Notes: generated by a model from the letters alone, not told the origin. A DNA stretch of 64,000 bases from a virus (IMGVR_UViG_3300030002_000003:29236-93235), one strand, 5' to 3'; positions 32,973-42,927 are shown, counted from the first letter of the stretch. Made by a program: numbers and translations.

Positions 32973-33959
32973 TTAAATTTTAATTTCTAATTGTGTCTCT
33001 GGCGCTTTTTGTTCTTCTTCTTCAGATTCTTTTAAGTTATTATATTTTAAGTCGTTTATGAACTTAAGTATTTTAACTTCCCCCTCTCTATTCTTTATTA
33101 TGTGTAGGTATATGCAGTCTCTTACAGGGAGGTTTTGAAATCCATAAGATAGGATTCCTAGTATTTCGGGGCGGTGTATTACTATTACGTAATCTGAACC
33201 TTGAAATACTGCATCACTTGACGATAAGTCTGAGCGTTGTGGGTAATGCAATGAACTATTGTTTATCCTCTCTGGACTTTCAATGTTTCTGTTCATTTGC
33301 GATATCTGAATAATGGAGGTTTTGCCAATTTTCTTAGCCTCCATAAGTGTTTTCTCTAAATCTACTATTATTTCTCTTTCTCCACCAGTACCACTACCTT
33401 TAATTAGTAATGTATGGTCTATTATAACAACTAGCCATTTTCCTTTGGCTAGCGTCTCCTGAAAGAAACTAATAGTATTTGCAATCTCTTGTACATTCCC
33501 TGGTGTGTCTACATAGTAAATCGGATAGTTTACTATCTCCTTTGCTTCTGATTCTACACTGGCAATGTCCGCTTCTGATATAGGGCCTGATTCGGCCGCA
33601 CTATATAATTCAGTAGTGGTTTTTTTGAGTTTGTAGGATAATTTTCTACCAACTTGCTTACTCGCTAACATCTCAAATGAAAACGATAATACGATTGTTG
33701 ATTCATCCTGATTTAGATCTATTAGATCAGTTTCTAACGAATTCACAAATGAACTTTTACCACTGCCAGAAATTCCGGCAATTGTATATATTGCATTTGG
33801 CTCTATACCCCCCATTGTTAGTCGGTTTAGTTTAGGCCATCTCGTTACTAACGATTTTGCTTTATTTGTTCTTCTGTCTTTGATATATCTAACAATTTCT
33901 CCTGTTGCTGATGATATATGCCTGTAAGTTAATATCTTTTTATTCGACTTTAGCTCCAT
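32973..33959 (-). CDS. dnaB: DnaB-like (SF4) replicative helicase
   Basis: Walker A GISGSGKS, SFEM, IIDHTLL, ISQMNR, DYVIVIHRP and IIKNREG. Confidence 0.88.
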   Translation of the reverse strand: MELKSNKKILTYRHISSATGEIVRYIKDRRTNKAKSLVTRWPKLNRLTMGGIEPNAIYTIAGISGSGKSSFVNSLETDLIDLNQDESTIVLSFSFEMLASKQVGRKLSYKLKKTTTELYSAAESGPISEADIASVESEAKEIVNYPIYYVDTPGNVQEIANTISFFQETLAKGKWLVVIIDHTLLIKGSGTGGEREIIVDLEKTLMEAKKIGKTSIIQISQMNRNIESPERINNSSLHYPQRSDLSSSDAVFQGSDYVIVIHRPEILGILSYGFQNLPVRDCIYLHIIKNREGEVKILKFINDLKYNNLKESEEEEQKAPETQLEIKI

Positions 33960-34506
33960 ACATTTCATCTGCATTTCTAATCACACTTACATCGTTCATG
34001 GCATCAGCATAGAGTAACCACTCTTCTGATAATAACCATTTTGACATCCTCTTCATGTATTGCAATGAATTTCCTGCTTTTCGAGTTTTAACCTCGAAAT
34101 TGAGACACTCAAGCATTGATTCATGCTTACTTAAACTTTTTCCTACTATCTTTTGATAGTATTTTCTGCACCTTGAAATATCACCACGTAGGTAATCCTT
34201 CTGTCCATCTGGTCGAGTCGTTGAAGTTGGATAAGCTTCATAGAATTCATCGAAAAAGTCTCTTTGCTTATACTTCATTTTGAAGTTTTCAGTAAGATGC
34301 AGATTCTTTGTTATTCCATCAGTGTAAGTTGATTCTGTTGTTAGTATATTTTGTTCTTTTAAATTATTAATATCTGTATCATCAATGCGGATAACATTAA
34401 TCAATGATTTGATATCAATTTTGTCTATTAATAATTTAATTAGTACAAACTGATTCATAGTAATTTTAAGGCGTTTAGCCTCGTCCAAATCTATTTCTAT
34501 CAGCAT
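33940..34506 (-). CDS. Putative replication initiator/helicase loader
   Basis: FDEFYEAYP and KWLLSEEW segments typical of phage initiator C-terminal domains; overlaps the helicase start. Confidence 0.5.
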   Translation of the reverse strand: MLIEIDLDEAKRLKITMNQFVLIKLLIDKIDIKSLINVIRIDDTDINNLKEQNILTTESTYTDGITKNLHLTENFKMKYKQRDFFDEFYEAYPTSTTRPDGQKDYLRGDISRCRKYYQKIVGKSLSKHESMLECLNFEVKTRKAGNSLQYMKRMSKWLLSEEWLLYADAMNDVSVIRNADEMYGAKVE

Positions 34507-34811
34507 TCTATTTTTTACTTTAAAGTTAAAAAGGGAATATTTGATAAAATTTGATATGATTTGTGTTTGTAGGAGTGGTATCGACTTCCGGAATCGGCTA
34601 GTATAAAACTCCCTAAAAATAATTCTAGCATTCTTTTATAGACGCAATAATGCAAATTTTGTCTATATTTTTATTGGTAGATTAGTAATGCATGAGTAAT
34701 TTATGTCGGACTCGATTGCTTGCCGTATTTATTACTAATCTATTGTTAAAGCGAGGGGATTGGACCCTCTTATCAATTTGTCATATTGATATTCTCCGTT
34801 GCCTTATTTGT

Positions 34812-35648
34812 TTAAATTCCATTCCATAATGGTGGCGTTATAGTTACTCCTTGATTTCCGAAGTAATGCCTAGTTTCTCCTACATTTCCTAGCCGTGATC
34901 CAATGTAACTCGTACTTCTCAGCTCATTTAATTGTGCGTATATGCTTCGGTTTACTGGGTCGTTAAAAATTGCGCTTGTTTCTGTTGGTTGCGATGATAC
35001 TGGCTCTTCATTAGGAATACTTACTCTTACCGTTTCAGAATCTTCTTTCGTAGATATAACGTAAGTCGCCTTGGTTGGCTCTTGTGCCAATTCTACTAAA
35101 TTGTCTAATTTTTCCATTGCAATCTCATCCAATGTTTTTTGTACGAACTCTTCAGCGCCTAACTTTTCCTGAATTTCAATTGCAATATCTTCGTAAGCTT
35201 CATTAGTCAGTTCGATGGTTTCTATTCCATCTATTGATTTTTCTCCCTTTCCTCCGATATAGATTGTTTTTTCGCTTGACATTCCTTTTAAGTAGTCCCT
35301 AAAGATTTCCTCATCTCTCATGTCGAAGTTATTTATAATCTTGGTTACTTCTATGTCTGTTTTTTGAAACGCTTTTCTTTTGAATAAGTAGCTTACTAAA
35401 CATCCCTTTCCTATTGCCGCTTCTATCGCATCCGTCAGTTTATTGCTGAGATCTGCATTAATTTTGACAATATCGTCACCAGGTATCTTTATGTATTTTA
35501 CTGCTCCAATAGTGGCACCTTCTGCTAAATCTCGTATAGGTTTAGCATAGTCTAAAAAGACTGGCATTACCTTAGATGTTTCGTAGGTCGCGTTAACTAT
35601 CTTTTCCTTTAAGCTGTTAGTTAAAGTATTTGATAATATTATGATCAT
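34812..35648 (-). CDS. Hypothetical protein
   Basis: 278-aa ORF on the operon strand. Confidence 0.7.
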   Translation of the reverse strand: MIIILSNTLTNSLKEKIVNATYETSKVMPVFLDYAKPIRDLAEGATIGAVKYIKIPGDDIVKINADLSNKLTDAIEAAIGKGCLVSYLFKRKAFQKTDIEVTKIINNFDMRDEEIFRDYLKGMSSEKTIYIGGKGEKSIDGIETIELTNEAYEDIAIEIQEKLGAEEFVQKTLDEIAMEKLDNLVELAQEPTKATYVISTKEDSETVRVSIPNEEPVSSQPTETSAIFNDPVNRSIYAQLNELRSTSYIGSRLGNVGETRHYFGNQGVTITPPLWNGI

Positions 35649-35651
35649 TTG

Positions 35652-36122
35652 TTATTCGATTTGAAATTTAACTTTTTCGTTATAAGTGTCCAATTCCTTT
35701 TGGGCAAGTGCTTTTTGCTCGTTTAAGATTACGAGTTCTTTTTCAATGAATTGGCGAGTGAAAGTTACGGATTCTCCGTCTTCTTTCTTTGTTGGAATTC
35801 GCTCAATTTTCGTAATTCGTTCTTTCAGCTGTTGCAGCGTGAAGATTGTCGGATATACACAATTCGTTGGAATCTGACTTGGTTCTGTAAGACCCATGTT
35901 GATTGCCTGAATGTATACTTTCGTTTTAATCAAATTTGCTTCGAATTTTTTAATTTCGGCATATACTGCGGCTAGATCAAATAATGGTTTAGAACCATTT
36001 TTGAATACATTGTATTGATTGATACGAGCCCAGTTTTGTTTGATCCCTTCGATAAGAGATTCGCGTTTTTCGATTAAGATCTGAGAAGTTGATTTTGTTG
36101 CTGGTAATGTTGTTTTTGTCAT
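35652..36122 (-). CDS. Hypothetical coiled-coil protein
   Basis: Likely start MTKTT at 36122; helical composition. Confidence 0.7.
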   Translation of the reverse strand: MTKTTLPATKSTSQILIEKRESLIEGIKQNWARINQYNVFKNGSKPLFDLAAVYAEIKKFEANLIKTKVYIQAINMGLTEPSQIPTNCVYPTIFTLQQLKERITKIERIPTKKEDGESVTFTRQFIEKELVILNEQKALAQKELDTYNEKVKFQIE

Positions 36123-36213
36123 ATTGATTATATATTTTAGATTGATACATGTTTTATCTAACCCAAATACATTTCTCCCTGTGTTGACTATTGAGTGATC
36201 ATTCCCAATAGTC

Positions 36214-36250
36214 AAAAAAATCAGTCTCTACGTTTGCAGAGACTGATTTT
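36214..36250 (-). terminator. Intrinsic terminator
   Basis: AAAATCAGTCTCT/AGAGACTGATTTT stem with a T7 tract on the minus strand; a second 10-bp hairpin abuts it at 36184-36215. Confidence 0.7.
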
Positions 36251-36396
36251 GTATTTTTAAAGTCCAAATTTTATTATAGTTATAGTTTTGTAGAGAGACA
36301 TTAAAGTTGGTGCTATTCCATACAGTGTTACCCAAGGTCAAGCTCTTTAAGTTTTTAAGGTGTTGCCCATCTTTCTTTATTCTATTTCTACTTTTA

Positions 36397-36927
36397 TTAA
36401 TCTTCTTCTATTACTATTACTTGGTCAGCTTGATTAAACATAGCTGCAATGTTATTCGCGGTACTACGTTTGTTGAAGCTTGATTTTGTAAACGAGACTA
36501 CATTTTGTATAGTTGGTTTACGAAAAGATTCTCGGAGTTCGACTGTAATTTCTTGTCCGATTGGTTGTTTGCGCTGCTGCGACAGCATTATTGGTTCCTC
36601 CATCGTTATGTGCGCTTGGTACAAAAGACGGATAATTTCAGTTCTATCACATTCTCCTAAGAGTTCGTCCATTGCTGCACGAGTGAGTTGTTGCACGAAA
36701 AGGAAAACTTCCTTTTTATTACAGATACCATCAATAATGGTTTTTACCGCAGATAGAAAATCTACTCTGTTGTCCGGTATTTTCCAAAGCCATCTTACGA
36801 TAACTCCATGTTTATTGTATGATACTTCGCCACGTCCATCAATTATGAATGTATTTGGCGGATTCATGTACTGGTTGACGAGTTCAGAAAATCGAACTAC
36901 ATCAACGTAAGATAATCCTTTTTTCAT
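36397..36927 (-). CDS. Hypothetical protein
   Basis: 176-aa ORF. Confidence 0.7.
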   Translation of the reverse strand: MKKGLSYVDVVRFSELVNQYMNPPNTFIIDGRGEVSYNKHGVIVRWLWKIPDNRVDFLSAVKTIIDGICNKKEVFLFVQQLTRAAMDELLGECDRTEIIRLLYQAHITMEEPIMLSQQRKQPIGQEITVELRESFRKPTIQNVVSFTKSSFNKRSTANNIAAMFNQADQVIVIEED

Positions 36928-36947
36928 ATTGACTATGAATTAAAAGG

Positions 36948-37427
36948 TTAATCTTCTAAACGATACAGCTCGCGTTTTGCGTTGTTTGCGTCAATCACAT
37001 TTTCCAACGCTTCCATTTGGTCTGCGATGTCTTTTTGGATTGCTGCTAAGCGGTTGTATTCGCCTTGGTTTGCTGCATTTACGATATCGGTAACTACGTC
37101 GTAGTCAGCGAAAAATGCCTCTTTGTCTTTTTCAGACACTCCCGGATTGTAACGTCCAGATTCAGAGATAAACTCCTGATTGGCAGGTATGGTCATTCCT
37201 TTTTCGCCACCACCGTTTACGATGATAGTGTCAGAATTACCGATGCCTTTGATTGATTTTACTTCGTTTACCACAATTGTTTTGGTGGTATACAGTTTTG
37301 CTTTTGTTTCGATTCTGGCCTCTGGGCCTTTTGATTTGTGAGTGGCATCAAGATCAGCTACTTCGATTGTGTGAATTGTAGCATCAAGATGCAAGATCCG
37401 CTTTGCGGGATTGATATTTTTGTTCAT
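36948..37427 (-). CDS. Hypothetical protein
   Basis: 159-aa ORF with an A-rich leader. Confidence 0.7.
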   Translation of the reverse strand: MNKNINPAKRILHLDATIHTIEVADLDATHKSKGPEARIETKAKLYTTKTIVVNEVKSIKGIGNSDTIIVNGGGEKGMTIPANQEFISESGRYNPGVSEKDKEAFFADYDVVTDIVNAANQGEYNRLAAIQKDIADQMEALENVIDANNAKRELYRLED

Positions 37428-37439
37428 TTTTTTTAATTT

Positions 37440-39265
37440 GGTTTTTTAATATTGATTATTTATTCGGGATTTGATTCCCATTGATTGTTTGCATATGTTA
37501 GCGCGTAGCTTAATGATAGAGTCTGTCCAACAAGGCCCTCCTGATCAATTAACAATGTTTGCTTTGAAAAAAAACACCTAATTTACGATTAGATTATGGG
37601 TTTTGCGCCCACTTCAGTTATTAGTTCGATATTTGCCCGTTTAAGGCTGTTTTGCGGCGTTCTAAGCCATTGTAATATTGAAATTGATAAATTGCATAGC
37701 TTTGAATGAAATGCTCTTATATCGCTTTAAAATGCTTTTACTAAGTAGTATGTTAATTATGGGCTGCTCCATCAATTAAATCACTTTATACCATGTTACT
37801 GTCTATTTAGTAATAGATCTATAAACAGATTGGCCTGTGTACAGTATATATTGTGACCGTTTGCCTACCATTTGTCCGTTGTTTTTACTTTTCTGTTTGA
37901 AAACAAAAACAGTGAAAAAGAACCCATAATGTGCGCGAATCTCGTATTAGCTCCTCATATAAATGAATATTGGTGTTCTAAAATCCCTAGTAAGCCCTCG
38001 AATGCTTAGCGCTATTTAATCTTTTGATTGATATTTCTTTGTATTTCCTCTATTTAGTGACGATTTTTTATCTCCCAGGCAAGGGACTACTTCGAGATTA
38101 TTAATTTATCTCGTTTCGCTTTGTGTACAGTTTGGACCTGCTTGCTTTCGGTATTATTCGTTAGACGACCAGCATGTTAAATACTTAGGTTCCTAAACTT
38201 TAAGGCATTCTTAATCTATTTCCTGACCCGTGTCGGTCTTTCTATAAATCGTTGACATGATCTTTTAAGTAACTTCATGTTTCTACTTTGTGTTGGTGCT
38301 TGGCTGCTGCCTCCATTCAATATTCCTCCCCTGAGGATACTTACTAATACACAGTAATACTATGGGTGAATTACTTTCCCTAATTCGCAGCTTTTGATTC
38401 CTAGCGGTAGAATCTGTTGAAATGTATTATCCCATTTCAGGACTTCCGATCTCTGTTGTGTCATCGGGTAACACTCTAGTTCTTTAATTGCGCAATACAT
38501 TATACCTTGTAACGCAGGTTGTTAATTTCCATCTTTTTCTTCTGTCATAAATTAACTAAACTCGACAGGGGCTCTCACTCCTTATTCCTAAAGGAAACTA
38601 TTGAACTGGCCAATACTTGAAGGCTTGAGATATAGTTATGGTGCTGCTTATGTATTTTTCACATACATATCTTGCTAACTATTTTTACTCCTGGTCTTAT
38701 GCTTTCTGGACGGCCTATCTTGGAGTGATACTCAATTTGAGCTGAGTTTTTGAATGGTATATAATTTGTGCCCTCCCACGGTTTCCTTATATCCTTTGTT
38801 TGTGATTCATTTTTTTCCACCATCACTAGTGGCCTGCTTGGTAAAGCATACTATCGGCTTTCGCCTTAATTGTTCTCTAGATTCCAAAGTCATAAAGCCA
38901 ATTCTACTTCCGCGATACACTGCGCAAGCTTAAAGCATGTGTGGATTTTCTCAAAAGCTATTCCGTGCTGTTCAGCCCTTTACGCGTTGTTTCATGGCGG
39001 GGCTGAGTCGTCTACCATCGGGGGTTTCATCGTTTTGGACATTTTATATAGCGGCAGTCCCCAGTCGCATTTTAATTGCATATCTCTACCAAAGTGGCAT
39101 GACAATCTCGTTAGTGATTAATATTATGATAACTTTATGATAGCTACTACCTTTTATATAGCGCCCTGCACTCTATCGACCGAGTAACGCTTCAGCTTTC
39201 TATTGATTCCCCTTTTGCTGATATTTGGTCTCCATTTCCTCTCACACCTGTTTTGTGCGGATTTT
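37440..39265 (-). ncRNA. Candidate large structured non-coding RNA(s), about 1.8 kb
   Basis: No minus-strand ORF of 60 aa or more; many hairpins and a 10-bp long-range complement. Confidence 0.45.
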
Positions 39266-39267
39266 GT

Positions 39268-39606
39268 TTATAGAATCTCTCCTGTTTCAATATTCAAAAA
39301 AGCAGATCCGTCACCAGCTTTGGAAATATCCAATAGAGGCTCCTTTAAATCTACTTGTGCAAGATACTCAACGATGATATGTTTTTCTTTGCTAAATCCT
39401 GGTATTTGTTTGAATTCGACCGATACTTCCACTTTTAGTCTTTTGATTTTTCCATCAATTCGATTCAAAGCCTCTTCTAGTGGATCTGTTAGATAAGTAT
39501 CGCCATGTAATTTTACATATAGCGTATCTGCCACCTGTTGTCTCGCTTGGTATAAGCGGTGAATAGTCGCACTTTTCATGCGAATTTTGTCGATTGTCGT
39601 TTTCAT
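39268..39606 (-). CDS. Hypothetical protein
   Basis: 112-aa ORF coupled to the upstream gene. Confidence 0.65.
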   Translation of the reverse strand: MKTTIDKIRMKSATIHRLYQARQQVADTLYVKLHGDTYLTDPLEEALNRIDGKIKRLKVEVSVEFKQIPGFSKEKHIIVEYLAQVDLKEPLLDISKAGDGSAFLNIETGEIL

Positions 39607-39607
39607 T

Positions 39608-40021
39608 TTACCCGGTTATTTTACTCCAATTTGCATCTAATTGTGTATCTACTGGTGCTACCTGTAAATATGCAATAGGGATATCAAGAGCCTCGAGCTC
39701 TTCGAATCCACTTAGTCGTTGTTCCGGAGTTTGTTTATTGATTGGTTTTGAAAAGGTTATTTCATGATCATCGACTCGCAGTACGTCTTCTACGACATAT
39801 AGAGTTGGTAGTTCCCCACCATCATATGCCCCACAAAACGTATCTTGATTCGATTCTCCTAGAATATAAGGAATTGGCTCTTGCCGCCTTTCAGTGGCAC
39901 CAACATCTGTATCAGTCGTCGTATAGGCGGTTGATACTCCTTCTGCTTTAAGTGTTCGTCCGAGAGCGATACCGCATCCGAATAACAACATAAATAGCAG
40001 AATGCTAAAAATTGGTTTCAT
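39608..40021 (-). CDS. Exported or membrane-anchored hypothetical protein
   Basis: N-terminal hydrophobic stretch MKPIFSILLFMLLFGCGIALG. Confidence 0.65.
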   Translation of the reverse strand: MKPIFSILLFMLLFGCGIALGRTLKAEGVSTAYTTTDTDVGATERRQEPIPYILGESNQDTFCGAYDGGELPTLYVVEDVLRVDDHEITFSKPINKQTPEQRLSGFEELEALDIPIAYLQVAPVDTQLDANWSKITG

Positions 40022-40075
40022 AATGTAATTTTATTTTTGATAAATGTTAATTACTCTGTTGAATTCCTTACTGCA

Positions 40076-41038
40076 TTACTTTGCAGGGTAACCTTTTTCA
40101 ACGTAAGGTTTTCGTCCTTGGCCTCGTTCAATTAATGTACGAGTTTCTGGTGACATTACTGTCACGATTCGGCCAATTGTCCGTTGTACTTTTTTCAAGT
40201 CGGCTTCTTTCAAGACGTCTGTTGCATTAAATCCAAGCAGTTGTTTAACCGCAAAGATGCAATCCTCATCTTGTTTGTACAATTGAGATACTAAACCGTC
40301 ATTCCTTTTCCCTAAGATTCGTTCCAGGTCGCTTCGAACATAGGCCTCTGTCTTTGGATCTGCAATTGTTCTTTTGAGTGAATCTTCAACGATTCGAGAA
40401 ATTTCGGTATCTCCCCATTCCGGTACGTGCTTAGCCACTGATTTGAAGGCAAAGATCGGTCCCTTCATTCTGCATTGCGCAGAGATGTGTTTATCCCATG
40501 TAGGCATAATTGGGCTGTCAGTAATCATGTCTCGAATTTCGGTCCATGCATCAGCTGGCATAAGGTTTTGTCTACCTGCATGTTCGATGTAGATTTTAAC
40601 TGCATCTGGCATACGTTCAGTGAATTTTCGAGATAACATCTCCTGAATAACTTCCATGTAATTCTCGCTCGTTGCGACTGGAATGTCACCTTTGCGAATT
40701 ACAAGCTTCTTAGTCTTGTTTGGTTGTTCTTCAGTTGTGTATGCGATCTCAATTTGAGTGTCGTTCGTCACATTGCGTGCTTCTGGCAACGCTAGCTTCA
40801 AAATGTCAGTATTGAAGTCTCGGCCTGTAAGGGCTTTGAATTCTGGGGCCACTGCTAACAATGTGGCAAATGCTGCCTCATCGATAACCATATCGATAAC
40901 ATCTTTGTTTTCGATTAATTTATTCTTTTTACTGGTGTTTGTTTCCGCCGCTATGCGGATTTCCAGTTGATCGCGATACTTCATGACGTCCTTAATGTCC
41001 ATCATGAATGATGGCCGGTCGTCAACGTGTTTATTCAT
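40076..41038 (-). CDS. Hypothetical protein
   Basis: 320-aa ORF. Confidence 0.75.
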   Translation of the reverse strand: MNKHVDDRPSFMMDIKDVMKYRDQLEIRIAAETNTSKKNKLIENKDVIDMVIDEAAFATLLAVAPEFKALTGRDFNTDILKLALPEARNVTNDTQIEIAYTTEEQPNKTKKLVIRKGDIPVATSENYMEVIQEMLSRKFTERMPDAVKIYIEHAGRQNLMPADAWTEIRDMITDSPIMPTWDKHISAQCRMKGPIFAFKSVAKHVPEWGDTEISRIVEDSLKRTIADPKTEAYVRSDLERILGKRNDGLVSQLYKQDEDCIFAVKQLLGFNATDVLKEADLKKVQRTIGRIVTVMSPETRTLIERGQGRKPYVEKGYPAK

Positions 41039-41123
41039 TTTTTCCTCCTTTGTTTTTGATTTTGATAATTAAAAATAAGTTTGCTTTTGCTGATTCACAG
41101 CTTATGCTGATTCAATTGTTTTG

Positions 41124-41507
41124 CTAACTTGTGTTTAATATCATATCGCTGCGTGGAGGCCGCCGAGTGCATACAGTGTATGCTGCTTTAGTGGTTGTTG
41201 ACTGAGGTGCTGGTACTACCATTTGCCGTTCCATTGTTGTGTTATTCATTGTAGTATTCATCGCAGGCCGTTCTAAGGCTGTTGCGTATACTTCAAATGA
41301 ATTCAATGGTAAGCAAAATAATTCAGGTGCTACTGCTGGAACATTATTGATTGCCAAAGATTTGCTTACGATTGCATGGTCTTTGTTTTGTGCTATCAAC
41401 GTTGTTTGTTCTGGCATAAACACTCCAAATAGTACACCCAAAAGCATCACGAAAACCGATTTAGCCAAGAAATCCATTCCCGCTAAAAACAATTGATTTG
41501 TCTTCAT
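41124..41507 (-). CDS. Membrane protein overlapping the sigma gene end
   Basis: Single N-terminal hydrophobic helix (SVFVMLLGVLFGVFM); sits where anti-sigma genes usually lie, but there is no sequence support for that role. Confidence 0.55.
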   Translation of the reverse strand: MKTNQLFLAGMDFLAKSVFVMLLGVLFGVFMPEQTTLIAQNKDHAIVSKSLAINNVPAVAPELFCLPLNSFEVYATALERPAMNTTMNNTTMERQMVVPAPQSTTTKAAYTVCTRRPPRSDMILNTS

Positions 41508-42060
41508 TTTTTTTACTTTTTTGGTTAATATTTGAAATTATTTTCTCTTTGTATCTGTGAAGATAGTGTTTTATTGTCCCGATACTAAGGCCCAATCTAT
41601 CTGCAATTTCTTGATATGTTAATTCTTCGGTAAATCTCATTTGGATTATCTCCTTTTGTCGACTTCCCATTTTACTGATAGTTTTTGCTAGCATTTCAGA
41701 TTCCTCTTTCTTTATCATTTCCTTTTCAGGATTTGAATAATCAGTATGGACAAATTCTTGCTCTAGTTCATCGTCTATATATAGATCTCCTTGACTCTTT
41801 TTTCCGCTACGAATAAAGTCTATTGAATGGTGATTTGCTATAGTTTTGAGCCACATCTCAAATGAAATGTCTTTTGTGAATTTATCTATGCTTTTAAATG
41901 CCTTTAGGAACGTTTCTGACGTTAGATCGTCTGCTACGTCCTTATTCTTCACTATGTTATATACATTGCAGTAGACTGCTCTATAATGCGTATTATACAG
42001 CATTGTGAATGCCTTCTGTGAGCCAGCCTTGGCTAATTCAATTGCCTCTTTACTTGTCAT
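41461..42060 (-). CDS. ECF-type (sigma-70 group 4) sigma factor
   Basis: Region 2 AFTMLY...ADDLTSETFLKAF...FEMWLKTIANHHSIDFIR; region 4 HTH LTYQEIADRLGLSIGTIKHYLHR. Confidence 0.92.
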   Translation of the reverse strand: MTSKEAIELAKAGSQKAFTMLYNTHYRAVYCNVYNIVKNKDVADDLTSETFLKAFKSIDKFTKDISFEMWLKTIANHHSIDFIRSGKKSQGDLYIDDELEQEFVHTDYSNPEKEMIKKEESEMLAKTISKMGSRQKEIIQMRFTEELTYQEIADRLGLSIGTIKHYLHRYKEKIISNINQKSKKNEDKSIVFSGNGFLG

Positions 42061-42159
42061 ATATATAAAAATTAAAAACTACAACCCCTCGTAGCAATTC
42101 ATATCTTTTAGGGGACTCCGACTCTGTAACGACTTTGTCTGCGAGTGATATTTTATTAG

Positions 42160-42282
42160 CGCCCCATCCGAGAGTCGAACTCCGATATGGTGTCAGGCCT
42201 TTTCCATCGAACCAACTTTCATAACTTCTTATTATATTCCTGCCGGTTTATAATCTTTCATTACTTCCGCCCATCTTGGGGC
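42160..42282 (-). ncRNA. tRNA-like RNA (acceptor stem and T arm) with an expanded interior
   Basis: GCCCCA...TGGGGC-G-CTA acceptor; TCGGAG TTCGACT CTCGGA T arm; no anticodon arm visible. Confidence 0.5.
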
Positions 42283-42786
42283 TTATTAGTGGTTATCAAG
42301 CATTTCTGCTCAAATAACCTAATAGAAATACAAGATTCTAACTTGTCACGCCTACAGCGATTCTATTGTTTAGCACCCTCTTGTCTTATCGTTGTAATAC
42401 CGATTCAAGAGTAGGGTCTGGCTGAGAACTCATTTGTATTGTGTTAAAACGTTAAGTTTATTCTTTTTCAAATAAATGTACTGTTTAACCTTACAGCTTT
42501 CTTAAGTCTGCAATACATACAGGATTACTCCACCACTAGCGCTAGCCATGTGATTCTCGTTAATTCGAAGTTTATGTCATCTAATTTATTGATCGCTATC
42601 AATGTTTAGAGCGATATTTTGTAGGGATAAAGCGTTTCACTGCTAAGTCATATCCCTTTACTGTGTGTTAGTACCACCATTACACAGCCTTCTGGTAATA
42701 TTAGCTATTGAGTAGCTAAAGTGGTTTTTCCTTTTCATCATAACTTTAATTACTTTTTATTTAGAATTGGTTTATTTAATATTAAA

Positions 42787-42925
42787 AATAATAACAAGGT
42801 CTTACTGAAGGATTTAGGAGATTAAGCACCCTGGTGCAAAAGCATATTTAAGAAGCATTCTTTATCTATGTCTATCCTATCCGGCTCTTCCGCTTTATTG
42901 TCAGTCAATGACGCTTGTTATTATT
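42787..42925 (-). ncRNA. Rod-shaped RNA candidate (6S-like)
   Basis: 12-bp closing stem AATAATAACAAG/CTTGTTATTATT, further internal pairings and a large asymmetric bubble; starts 2 nt after tRNA-Arg. Confidence 0.35.
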
Positions 42926-42927
42926 AG

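Noticed and set aside
37440-39265. Stop-codon reassignment (TAG to Gln) as the explanation for the ORF-free tracts
   Set aside because: Real genes end in TAG (for example 23264, 55813), the giant ORFs are intact in the standard code, no suppressor tRNA was found, and the one frame I read through from the ATG near 39235 hit TAA after about 60 unconvincing codons.
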